46,838 bases of DNA from assembly GCA_003427395.1 (NCBI GenBank), contig BFEA01000014.1, positions 5,246,662 through 5,293,499 of the forward strand, read 5' to 3'. The notes below the pieces were generated by a model. It was not told where the DNA came from and did not search any database. It worked only from the letters and a program-made list of their open reading frames with translations. Made by a program: the position numbers and the translations under genes. Every line of letters starts with the position of its first letter. Position 1 is the stretch's first letter. Shown piece by piece: positions 12,205-22,467 of the stretch. The DNA comes from Chara braunii (lineage: Eukaryota; Plantae; Charophyceae).

Positions 12205-13010
12205 ATCGACGATCCGATCACTGCCAGGGGACCAGTACCTTTCCCGCCAAATTAGTAGTAATTTGGCGCGGACCGAAGTGAACCTCCCTGACGACGGCTG
12301 CGAGTCGTCCTGTCTCGCCGGTCCGGTCGCTGCCAGGTTCCCAGCGCCCTTCCCGCCAATTTTAGTTCCCGCGCACGGAACTGACCCTCCCTGACGAGGG
12401 GCGCCGATCCGACTGTCTAATCCGTCCGATCGCTGCCAGGTGTCCAATGCCCTTCCCGCCAATTTTATTTCCCGCGCACGGGACGAGTGGGGTTCCGATC
12501 AGGCTGTCCCATCCCTCCGATCGCTGCCAGGTGTCCAATGCCCTTCCCGCCAATTTTCTTTCCCGCGCACGGGACTGACCCTCGCTGACGAGGGGTGCAG
12601 ATCAGGCTGTCCCATCCCTCCGATCGCTGCCAGGTGTCCAGTACCTTTCCCGCCAATTTTATTTCCCACGCACGGGACGAGGGGTTCGGATCAGGCTGTC
12701 CCATCCCTCCGATCGATCTCTGCCAGGTGTCTAATGCCCTTCCCGCCAATTTTTTCCCCCGCGCACGGGACTGACCCTCGCTGACGAGGGGTGCGGATCA
12801 GGCTGTCCCATCCCTCCGTTTGCTGCCAGGTGTCCAGTGCCTTTTCCCGCCAATTTTATTTCCCGCGCACGGGACTGATCCTCGGTGACGAGGGATGCGG
12901 ATCTGGCTGTCTCGTCCGTCCGATCGCTGCCAGGTGGCCAGGGCCCTTCCCGCCAATTTGATTTCCCGCGCACGGAACTGAGCCTCCGTGATGAGGGGTG
13001 CGGACGAGCC
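12205..13010 (+). repeat. GC-rich minisatellite, 8 units of about 90-108 bp, each with TTCCCGCCAA and usually TTCCCGCGC (E2F-type motifs)
   Basis: CTGCCAGG anchors near 12221, 12329, 12434, 12524, 12627, 12720, 12823 and 12927. Confidence 0.92.
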
Positions 13011-13262
13011 CTCCGATTGGCGCTTGGTAACCAGTGACCTCCGCGCCATTTCCGATTTCCCGCTCAGAGTATTCAGTCCTTGTCCTTCCCGCCGACCCTA
13101 TTCTCCTCGCGCGGGACTCCATTCGCGCGCGCACCCGTAGCCTCAGCTTTAACCCCGGTGCCCATCTGTCTGTAGTTCCCCGGACTGAGACATATATCAA
13201 CCGATCGATTGATAGTGACACTCCTTCCAGCCCCTCCCGCCCACCGCTCCCCACCCCTCCCT

Positions 13263-13284
13263 CTGTGTGTGTGTGTCTGTGTGT

Positions 13285-13372
<88 letters not shown>

Positions 13373-13373
13373 N

Positions 13374-13425
<52 letters not shown>
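13263..13425 (+). repeat. Compound (GT)n(GA)n microsatellite upstream of the large gene
   Basis: Directly visible. Confidence 0.97.
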
Positions 13426-13426
<1 letters not shown>

Positions 13427-13695
13427 AAACGGGAGTGAAGAGGGGAGGAGGAGAACGACTGGGGACTTCGTTTTTTCATTCGAAAGAGCAGTTAAGATCT
13501 CGCTCGACATAAGAACAGAAACGAATAAAGGATGTCGCTTGACATCGAAGGAAGGCGTACGACAGAACGTTCTTGGATTTAGCAAGCAGCTGAGAGAGCT
13601 CACCGTTGTGATTGTGACTGGGTGGGGATTAATTACTGTACTAGGTTCTTCGAAAGACTCTCACGACCAGGCAATTACCACATACTCTCTCTGAG

Positions 13696-16600
13696 ATGAT
13701 GAGGGAAGAGCAGGTCGTGCACGATCCGTGCATCGCCAATACAAAGAAGATCATGGAGGATCGAGCTATGACGTCCCCTCCTCTCGAAAGTGACAGCATG
13801 AGAGTGATTAGGATGGCTGCTCTCGGGCGGTCGGCTAACGTGGGCGACTTATACGATATCCGGACAGAGGCTTTCTGTACAGCGAGGCAGGGATCCCGTC
13901 CGCGGCTGAGTTTGTTTGATCATCACATTCTCCCGCCAACCGTGTCTAAATCTCAGCCGTCCATTCAAGTGCATTACACGATCGATGATGAAGAGGAAGA
14001 TGACTGTCACAGCTTGTCGAAGAGGTGCCGCATCTTACACGTCGATCCTCAACTGCAGCTGAGCATCCTCGGGGGTCTGATCACACCGGAGGGACCGGGG
14101 GAGTACCTTGTCTATCGGGAACCCAGCGTCCCGGCGGGCGACACCGACAGAGGGGCCCGGGCATCCTTCTTCTGCCAGGTCACTACTGTCGAGACTCATC
14201 TAGACTTCAATCAACAGCTCCCTAACAAGGAGGCGATCCACGTGGCAGCTTCGAGGACCATCAACGCAATCGACTCCGGCCTTCATCAGGCTACCCATCT
14301 CGTAAGCGGGGTGGTTCTTGGCGGGACCGTGGTGGCCTTGATTACCAGCCGACCGATGCAGCAGCAGCAGCAGCAGCAGCAGGAGCAGCAGCAATCACCT
14401 GCAGAGTGTCAAGTCGACGACGGGAACAAGCGAGGGTCGGAGCTTGTGGTCCACAAGGCAGCGACCAAGGCCCGCTTGCAGAGACGTCTGATGACACTCA
14501 AGGCATCCTTACTTCCCACTGCTACCGGTAGTAGCTTAGACACCGGCGAGTCCAAAGCCGGTGGTAGTGATTCCCCCGTCGGCTCATCACAGGCTGAAAT
14601 CGCTGGGGATGATGCTATTAATAGCCCTGCTGCGAGTGACCCTGCTGCTATTAATAGCACTGCTGCGAGTGATGGAGATCGCGGAGGTAGGCGGAATCGC
14701 AGCAGCAGCAGCAGCGCAATAGTCCCCGACGATTCCCGCGGTAATGGCGCTCCTCATAGCCCGACGGCGACGGTTAGAAGCGACGGCTGGCGAAAGCGCA
14801 TCAGTAGAAATCTTAGGACCGGCGGCAGCAGCGGCAGCAGCGGCAGCAGCAGAAAAAGCGGTACTACCACTAGTAGTAGTAGTAGTACTAGAAGAAGTAC
14901 TGCTACTGCTGGTAACGATAGTAGTAGCAGTGCTAGCAGTGGTAGTTCTTCTTCTTGTTGTTGTTGTTGGAAAGACGAAGGAGAGAAGAAGATTAGGAGG
15001 AGGAGGAGGAGTAGGTGTACAGACTCAGGAGAGGAGACCGTTACCACGTATGGTAGTTGGGGCCGTAGTGGTGAGGGAGAGGAGACCGACTCCATTTCCG
15101 TGAGGATCTTCACGGACTTGACCTGGGAAAGGCCATTCGGAAACGCATCGACCAGTCTGACCGAGCTCAAGAGGATTGTCGATTGCTGCACACACCTGGG
15201 TGATGAGCACATACGTCTGCTTGCCCCCGTTGTTATCTGCTTATGTCCGATCTCAGACTTTTTCCGTTGGCATCAACAAGTTTGCGGCTATCCTGTCGCC
15301 AGAGCGGCGTCAGCGCTGCGCGCTTTGCCGTCACACACGCTTCCGGACGAGCACGCCATCTCCAAAACTCGCCGACTGTTTGAAGAGCTCCAAGAGCTAA
15401 GAGACGATTTCGAGGCTTTGCTCCGCGACATGGGCGTTGCCATTCGAGCTCACGGCGAGATTGCAGTTCTGAGGATGGAGATGGAGGTGTTATACCTCCA
15501 GCGAAGCAGGATAGAGATCACGACACAGAGACTTCGACAGGAAGTGGCCGAGGCTACGGTGAAGATTCGTTGCTCCCCTCCTCCTCCTCCTCCTCCTCCT
15601 CCTCCCTCTCCTGCTCCTCCTCCTCCCTCTCCTCCCTCTCCTCCTCCTCTTCCCTCTCCTCCCTCTCCTCCTCCTCCTCCTCCTCCTCCTTCTCCTCCAG
15701 GTTCGTCGGGGGAAGAGGAGGGAGGGGGGTCCGCGGCTTTGACGCGAGTAGTGGACAGGTTCCGCCAAAGCTCCGGCCTGTTCGCTGCGCGCCAGAGTGT
15801 TGCCAGAGAGTCGGCTAGACTCAATGAGATAGTGGCGACGCTGACGTCCCTGCGCAGCGGAGGTGTGAGGTTCCGCACCGGAGAGGACGATGTCAGTGCC
15901 ATCGGCGCGATTGTGTCCGAGCACAAGCAGGACATGGTCTACATTATGGTCCATTTCTCCGCTGCGGGTCGTGGAGAATCCTGGCAAAAGAACCTGAAGC
16001 TGCTCAAATGCCTCATGGATATCGAGAGGGGGAGGGGGCTTCAAGAAGCCCCCGACGAAACCATCGCTGCTACATCCGTTGGCTCTGTTGCTGCTCGTCG
16101 TCCTCCTCGCTGTTTCTTCTACGTACTGCAGCTGCAGGTTCTTGGTTCAGACCCCTGCTCCTCCGGCAACAGCTCCTCCGTTGTAGATGGAACGTGCTCA
16201 CCACACTCGATGCCAAACACGACGACAGCTGGCAGCATGACGTGGAAGAGACATGACGGCCGCACGATGGCTATGGCGGGGGCAGTCGACGAGCTTCCTC
16301 ACTCCCCTAGTGGCCATGGCAGTAGCCATCGTTCTCCTCCGCCTCCTCCTCCTCCTCCTCCACGGGGCAGCAATGGAGTCACAATGGGTGAAAGCCAAGG
16401 TTTTGATCATCTCCCTGACACGAGGACAAGGTTCTATCAGAATGGCTGCCTTATCCTCGACGACGTGAGACGTCAAATGGACAGAGTGGCACAGCTGTGC
16501 ATACTGAGAAGCAGCCAGATGGAACTTGGTGTGCCTCTGGAGACGAGTTACAGCGAGCAACGTCCACGTGTAGCAGCACCTCTGCGAGCACCTTGCCCGG

Positions 16601-18684
16601 GCTCTGTGTCTGGCAAATGCCCTTCTCTGGAGAGGGACTGGCATTGCGAGAGGTGTGCATGCCACGTGGAGTACGGTGGGGACGGCTACGTGTACTGCGA
16701 CTGCGGGCGGGCACCGTTATCTTCGCTGAGCTACATGTGCCGAGCCGCCAAACACGAGGGGGGCAATACCTATATAGGTTACGACGACCCGGTGCAGCAG
16801 CTGGCGGAATATCTGGGGAGGTTGCCGGCCGGCAGGGAGATAAAAAATGTGCTGCTGCTCGGGGAGAGCGGGGTAGGCAAGTCCACTTTCATCAACGCCT
16901 TCGCCAATTACCTTAGGCACAAAGACATGGAGGACGCCAAGGACGATCTGCTTGCCCTGATCCCTTCGCACTTCACGGTGTGTCCTGCGGGCAACTACAG
17001 CGGCGTGAGGGTGACGGTGGGCGACCTTCTGGGAGACGATAACGAGGAGGCCGGTGTCGGGAAGTCCGCTACCCAGACCTGCAAGGCCTACGTTTTCAGC
17101 TATGCCTACCATGGGGAGGAGTACAAGGTGCGTCTCATCGACACTCCTGGGATAGGGGACACTCGGGGCTTCCACCAGGACCGGCACAATTTGGAGAATG
17201 TCCTCAAGTTTCTGGGTAATCACCGGCAGGTTCATGGCATCTGCATCCTGATGAAGCCCAACTTGGCAAGACTCAATGTGATGTTCCGCTTCTGCGTACT
17301 GGAACTCTTGTCCCACCTGCACAAGAGTGCCAAGGACAACCTCACCTTCGTCTTCACCAACGCCCGCTCCACCTTCTATCGTCCTGGGGACACCATGCCG
17401 GTGCTGCAGGAGATGGCCAAGAAGATCAGTGACTCCCCTCCTTTCGTTGAAATCGAGCTCAGCGACAACACCATGTACTTGGTGGATAGCGAGTCGTTTC
17501 GCTTCCTGGCCGCTGCCAACAAAGGGGTGAAGTTCAGTGATGAACAGACGGGCGACTTCGCAAAGAGCTGGAGGGTGTCTGTGAGGGAGTGCAGGCGGCT
17601 CATGGACCACATCTTGAGTCTATCTCCACACAATGTGGAGGACACCATTTCTCTGAACGAGGCCCGCCGTCACATGCTCCAACTGATGCGGCCCCTTGGA
17701 GAAATCAGCCGCCTTATAGGGGTCAATAACAAGCTCATAGAAGAGAAAAAGGAAGAGTTGGGGAAGGTAGAGGAGGAGCAGAAGTCGCAGGGGCATGTGG
17801 GGGACGTGGAGGAAGAGCGGGTGGATCAGCCCCGCTGCGTTTGCATCTCCCCCTCGTGTAGGGATGCCGTAATTGTGGAGGGGGTCACGAAGTACCACTA
17901 CAGGACAGTGTGTCACGACCCATGCAGCGACTCCACCGGGGCTCTGAACACCATCAACGACCCGAGCCTCCGGTCTTGCTCTGCCATGGGCAAGAAAGGC
18001 AAGTGCACCCATTGTGGCTGCGACTGGTCCTCTCACATGCGCGTGGACAGGGAGACGAATATCAAGATGGTTCTCAGACAGCAGCCTGCTGCAAGAAAGT
18101 CGAGATCTTTATCAGATGGCTGGCTGGAAGCGGCGAAGACAGAGGTGCAAGTGAAGCTAGCGCACTTGACGGCCAAGGTCAGCCAGCTGGAGCAGGAACA
18201 GGCAGCTGTGTCCGCCACCTGCACCAGGTTCGCCTTGGTCCAGAAATGGAACGCCTTAACGCCACATAACGACGCCATTGTGGAATATTTAGACCATCTG
18301 GTGGAGGAGCTGAGGAGTGCTGACTCAGCAGGATCGGATTCTGAAGGAGGCGATAGAGAGCTGCTGAGGAGGCTGATCGAGTTGAAGCAAGAGTACGAGC
18401 ACGAGGCAAGGCTGCTCTCGGAGGCATCAGAGACCTCCTGCGAGAGCCTGGAGGAGGCGCAGGCGATGCTCTCACCAACAAGGACGAAGGATATGATGCA
18501 GACATTGTTTCATCTACCAATAACAGGCTGGAAGATAAAACAAGCTGTGGAGGGATCTGAATCTAGTGGTCGTGAAACAGAGGTAAAATACCAGGAAGTG
18601 CTAGTCAGGACGGCCAAGCAGAGGGCCTGGGCGAATGTCAAATATGCCCCTCATCTTTCCAATCCGCCACAAAGACTCCGCTAG
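13696..18684 (+). CDS. 1662-aa protein: stonustoxin-like MACPF/CDC N-terminal region, Cys/His cluster, GIMAP/septin-like P-loop GTPase, Cys-rich domain and coiled coils
   Basis: Uninterrupted 4989-bp ORF. G1 GESGVGKS (16861-16884), G2-like SATQ, G3 DTPG (17140-17151), G4-like FTNAR. SNTX-like motifs AALGRSANVGDLYDIR, LQLSILGGLITPEGPGEYL, ATHLVSGVVLGG, ISVRIFTD, PVVICLCPI. Cys clusters near 16594-16755 and 17836-18040. AATAAA near 18959. The exact start Met is uncertain. Confidence 0.9.
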   Translation: MMREEQVVHDPCIANTKKIMEDRAMTSPPLESDSMRVIRMAALGRSANVGDLYDIRTEAFCTARQGSRPRLSLFDHHILPPTVSKSQPSIQVHYTIDDEEEDDCHSLSKRCRILHVDPQLQLSILGGLITPEGPGEYLVYREPSVPAGDTDRGARASFFCQVTTVETHLDFNQQLPNKEAIHVAASRTINAIDSGLHQATHLVSGVVLGGTVVALITSRPMQQQQQQQQEQQQSPAECQVDDGNKRGSELVVHKAATKARLQRRLMTLKASLLPTATGSSLDTGESKAGGSDSPVGSSQAEIAGDDAINSPAASDPAAINSTAASDGDRGGRRNRSSSSSAIVPDDSRGNGAPHSPTATVRSDGWRKRISRNLRTGGSSGSSGSSRKSGTTTSSSSSTRRSTATAGNDSSSSASSGSSSSCCCCWKDEGEKKIRRRRRSRCTDSGEETVTTYGSWGRSGEGEETDSISVRIFTDLTWERPFGNASTSLTELKRIVDCCTHLGDEHIRLLAPVVICLCPISDFFRWHQQVCGYPVARAASALRALPSHTLPDEHAISKTRRLFEELQELRDDFEALLRDMGVAIRAHGEIAVLRMEMEVLYLQRSRIEITTQRLRQEVAEATVKIRCSPPPPPPPPPPSPAPPPPSPPSPPPLPSPPSPPPPPPPPSPPGSSGEEEGGGSAALTRVVDRFRQSSGLFAARQSVARESARLNEIVATLTSLRSGGVRFRTGEDDVSAIGAIVSEHKQDMVYIMVHFSAAGRGESWQKNLKLLKCLMDIERGRGLQEAPDETIAATSVGSVAARRPPRCFFYVLQLQVLGSDPCSSGNSSSVVDGTCSPHSMPNTTTAGSMTWKRHDGRTMAMAGAVDELPHSPSGHGSSHRSPPPPPPPPPRGSNGVTMGESQGFDHLPDTRTRFYQNGCLILDDVRRQMDRVAQLCILRSSQMELGVPLETSYSEQRPRVAAPLRAPCPGSVSGKCPSLERDWHCERCACHVEYGGDGYVYCDCGRAPLSSLSYMCRAAKHEGGNTYIGYDDPVQQLAEYLGRLPAGREIKNVLLLGESGVGKSTFINAFANYLRHKDMEDAKDDLLALIPSHFTVCPAGNYSGVRVTVGDLLGDDNEEAGVGKSATQTCKAYVFSYAYHGEEYKVRLIDTPGIGDTRGFHQDRHNLENVLKFLGNHRQVHGICILMKPNLARLNVMFRFCVLELLSHLHKSAKDNLTFVFTNARSTFYRPGDTMPVLQEMAKKISDSPPFVEIELSDNTMYLVDSESFRFLAAANKGVKFSDEQTGDFAKSWRVSVRECRRLMDHILSLSPHNVEDTISLNEARRHMLQLMRPLGEISRLIGVNNKLIEEKKEELGKVEEEQKSQGHVGDVEEERVDQPRCVCISPSCRDAVIVEGVTKYHYRTVCHDPCSDSTGALNTINDPSLRSCSAMGKKGKCTHCGCDWSSHMRVDRETNIKMVLRQQPAARKSRSLSDGWLEAAKTEVQVKLAHLTAKVSQLEQEQAAVSATCTRFALVQKWNALTPHNDAIVEYLDHLVEELRSADSAGSDSEGGDRELLRRLIELKQEYEHEARLLSEASETSCESLEEAQAMLSPTRTKDMMQTLFHLPITGWKIKQAVEGSESSGRETEVKYQEVLVRTAKQRAWANVKYAPHLSNPPQRLR

Positions 18685-19229
18685 TACCAGTTCACCAGAA
18701 CCTCTGAAGGAGGGCTGGGAAATCCACCAAGGACATATTACTCACGAAGTCGCCGAACGTGTAATGCAACCATGAATTCGATAGATTTGTGGTGCTTGAG
18801 GGGTGGGGGAGAAGAGTACAGGAGTGTTGTACCCAGCACATGTGGCTGAATGGTGCCACACATGCGTATTTGTTATTAAACAGTTCAAATCCTGATCGAA
18901 CTGGATGGACACAATAATACTAGGGCATATTAGCCCCTTTCTGAAAGAACAAACAACAAATAAAAGAGCGTTGACTCCTATGTGAGTAAGGTTAGGGCGT
19001 TAGGGCTTCACTGCTCCTATGTTCACGCTTAGAAAGCACAAACCTGGCCTCTTATAGAACAGCCAAGTTCGTGCTTTCCTAGCATGAACTTAGCAACTGT
19101 TACAGTGCAGCCTGCCTCTAAGACAAGGGTCCACCTTCCCCTACCTGTTCCCTTTGGGTTCCCTTTCCGAGTCTGGACATTTATACACAGTAGCTGAGGG
19201 AACTATAGGTTAATGTTATTTTTGTTGTT

Positions 19230-19400
19230 CTTACAGTTACCTTTCCTGAGGAATGGACATGTAGTTCAGCCTACTAGTGGAGGTGGTATGAGCACACTCC
19301 ACTAGTAGACGTAACACCGGTTGGCCCAGTCTATTGGCGGGGGGCTGCACCTGCTGAAGAACCAGCTGAACCAACGAACAGATCCTCAGTTAATTAGAGC
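19230..19400 (-). mobile_element. LINE-type 3'-end module of a degenerate or non-autonomous retroposon
   Basis: CAGCAGGTGCAGCCCCCCGCCAATAGA motif on the minus strand plus a 12-bp stem (CTACTAGTGGAG/CTCCACTAGTAG, about 19271-19309), homologous to the other LINE 3' ends here. Confidence 0.6.
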
Positions 19401-19964
19401 TCTGGTGTTGCAACCATGAGGTTGTGGGTTTGATTGTGATCCGCCCTCAGGCTCGCCTATGCATGGTCAGTTGGGGTTTGTTTGACACCCCGCGTGCTTG
19501 CCCCCCAGCCTAGCGCAGCGTACATATATACAAGCTATTATGGACACAGGGATAGACAGGGGGCCGAGGGATGGAATGGGTTCTGGTGGCGGGGATTGGT
19601 TACTGAATGAAGTAATCTGGCATTTTGGGGGCAAGGAGCCAGTTGGGACGAGAGAATGGGGATCGTAGGTTGGAGTTGGGTTATTGGCGAAGATGAGTTA
19701 ACGAACGACATAACCTGGCCTTTGGGAGTGGGGGCTGGGTGGGATGATGGAAGGGGAATTGTACGGGAGGGCTATACTGCTTCACATACATATGATACTA
19801 CAGGCATGGGATATTCAGGAAGCAGGGATGGGGCAGGGTCTAGTAGTGGTAGCAGTAAACCAAGTAGCCTGGCCCTCGTTTAACAAGGGGGGTAGGCAGG
19901 ATGACAGAAAGGTGATTGTAGGTGGAGTTGGGGTAAGTGGCAACTTGAAGGATCAGTTGCGTGC

Positions 19965-20585
19965 TGAACCTGACCCTGAGCGGGGGGGCTGGCTGGGATC
20001 AAAGAAGGGGGGCTTTAGGTGGGGAAGCCCACTCCTAAGGCATGGATGGGTATGAAAAGAACACAAGGACGAGTCTAGACGACAATTGTTCTGACACCAG
20101 TACACCACAAATCGGCCCGTGGGTGTCAGCACGAAACCCGCACCACTTCGGAGGCCGCCGACTTTTTCTTCAATGGCGGGCCTGGCCGCTTGGCGCCTCC
20201 TTTGCTTGTGGTGACAAAAGTTTTTTCTGCAAGGCTGGGGCCATGTGCTAGCGGTTTAAACCACCAGTATAACCTGACCCTGAGAGGAGGGGCTGGCTGG
20301 GATGAAAGAAGGGGGGCTTTAGGTGGGGAAGCCCACTCCTAAGGGATGGATGGGTATGAAAACGGAACAAGGACGACAATTGTTCTTACCTTGAACCACC
20401 AGTACACCTGGGCCTGGAGGCATCTTACGGCGCGCTGAGCTTTTCCGAACCTCCAGCAGTGCACATCTTTTCTTTTTTGGCTGGTGCCGCTAGCCATTGT
20501 GGTCCGGTAGGCGGAGCCATTGCGACAGTGCTGTGGCGACGAGCTGCTTATTCTGCAGGGCTGGGGCCATGTTCTGGTAGTTTAA
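19965..20585. repeat. Imperfect tandem duplication of about 310 bp with a well conserved 140-bp block
   Basis: AACCTGACCCTGAG...CCAGTACACC near 19967-20107 and 20271-20408. GGCTGGGGCCATGT near 20233 and 20559. Confidence 0.85.
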
Positions 20586-21493
20586 GGGGGAATGGGATGA
20601 TTGACTATAAAGAGAGAAAGACAGTCAAGGAATCAGTTAATGACAGAGATTGGGGGGTTCTAGTTCATGAAAGAGGTTGGCTGGTTCAATTTGATGACAG
20701 AGACATGAATGATTGCAGTGGACAGAGACTGTACTAGTCTTCCCAATACAGGTACAACCAAACCACATCAATAACAATAACAACAATAATATCAACAGAA
20801 CAGCTGTGCTAGGGGTGTGCTCTCGACTCGAGTAGCTTAGGGGCTGTCACAGGTTTGAACTTGGTCTGGGGCATTAGACACTGCCTGTGGTAGCCTGGGT
20901 AAAACGTTCAGTCTGTTCAGATATATATAGAGGGACCTGGATCATACTGAATCTTGGGGGCATCTAGGGTCTATTCACGGAGCCTGTGGAGAAAACTTAA
21001 GGTTCACGCCTAGCGTTCAAAGTTCCCATATGACAGTCTGAGAGCTTGTTTGAAGATGCTTCAACAAGGGATGAATTATCCTGCTTAGTGCTGGTGCCGG
21101 CGACCACTGTCTTCTCAGGTCATCCCACCAAGATTTAGTAGAGGGGTGATTGCCCTGAGCAGTAGACACTGAGGGAGGATGGAGGGACTGGGGAGTGCAT
21201 CAGAGAGAATTGACGGACGCGGGTTGGGTGGGATGAGACCCAATTGTGAAAAATCAAATCACAAGGCTCGTCTCTTCTGACATTTCTCTCTGGTACATGA
21301 TGCCATTGGAATCTGGAACTAGAGGAAGGATTTGCAGGCCCCTACAGGCTACAGAGGTGCATGCAGAATGCTCTCCTATATCTGGGCTGGCGTCTGGTTT
21401 GAGAGTGCTGTGGAATCTGCGGATGATGTATCATATCTGACCCTCCCCGACCCTGCAAAGCTAATTCAGAAGAGGAGAGAGGGGTACGTCACC

Positions 21494-21509
21494 GTACGTG
21501 TGATTTTGT

Positions 21510-21546
<37 letters not shown>

Positions 21547-21555
21547 TACGTGTGA
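21494..21555 (-). mobile_element. Poly(A)-only retro-insertion with 10-bp target-site duplication
   Basis: GTACGTGTGA at 21494-21503 and 21546-21555 flanks a T-run. Confidence 0.65.
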
Positions 21556-21577
21556 ATTTACCCTCATTGGACAAGAC

Positions 21578-21583
21578 TAACCA

Positions 21584-21636
<53 letters not shown>

Positions 21637-22400
21637 CTACAGGTGATACTAGCCAGGGTGATACGAGCATCCCTACCTAGCATGCCTGTTTGGGTCACTC
21701 CGTCTATTGGTGGGGAGCTGCACCTGCTGGAAAATGGGTAATGAGCCCATACACACACTTGGACACTTGGACATTTGGACTGAACTTGACAGTCAGAATG
21801 TTCTAGAAAAATACTCGCTTAGCCAAGATAATTGGACTACTCTACCACCTCCATGCTTTTCTTCACCAACTCTTCATTGTCGTCATCCATCTCCCCATCT
21901 TTTGATTGGCTGTTGTGGTTTCGCCGCGTAAATTCCGTTTCTCGGACTAGCATTCAGACCTGGGAGCGCACGAACACTGCAAGCTTTCCCCAACAGAATG
22001 CACCCCAGTCAATGACATGTGGATACAGTCAAGATGAGTCACTGTGACACTGTGCGTTGTGTTCGCAGCATAAGAGGGTAGCACCTCCCCCATGATATTG
22101 CCTATGAGCATACTCACACTACATCTTCGCAAGAATAGGGCGCCCAGTTGTTATCTCTGTACCTAGACCCCAGCCTGCTCCAATAGTACAGCTATAATTT
22201 CAAGGCCTCCTAATAGTATCCGGGTGAAGATGGTAGACTAAGTACCTTCCCCTTCATTTCACCCAAAACCTGGTGGGAGATGGCAGTAACAGTGTGTCAC
22301 ACATATCGCACATCCTCACCAAACCTATCAGATTCTGAGCAGCCGTCAAACTTCAGTATGCTGCAGAGCCACATGTGGCTATTCTGCAGTCAGTCCAACG
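21578..22400 (-). mobile_element. Degenerate LINE 3' fragment ending in a (TTG)n tract
   Basis: Shared 3' module at about 21640-21745, with (CAA)n at 21585-21634 immediately 3' of it on the minus strand. 5' limit is approximate. Confidence 0.55.
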
Positions 22401-22467
22401 GGTGTCTGCAAAAGGAGCTTTGCTTCTCTGAATGTCATGAGAGGAAGCATAAAGGGAAAGCACAAAA

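Noticed and set aside
15575-15697. Extensin or pherophorin gene from SPPPP repeats
   Set aside because: A (CCT)n-derived linker inside the large ORF; no signal peptide.
16717-17610. 297-aa antisense ORF and other overlapping ORFs in the gene
   Set aside because: Shadow frames of a GC3-rich coding sequence with no motifs.
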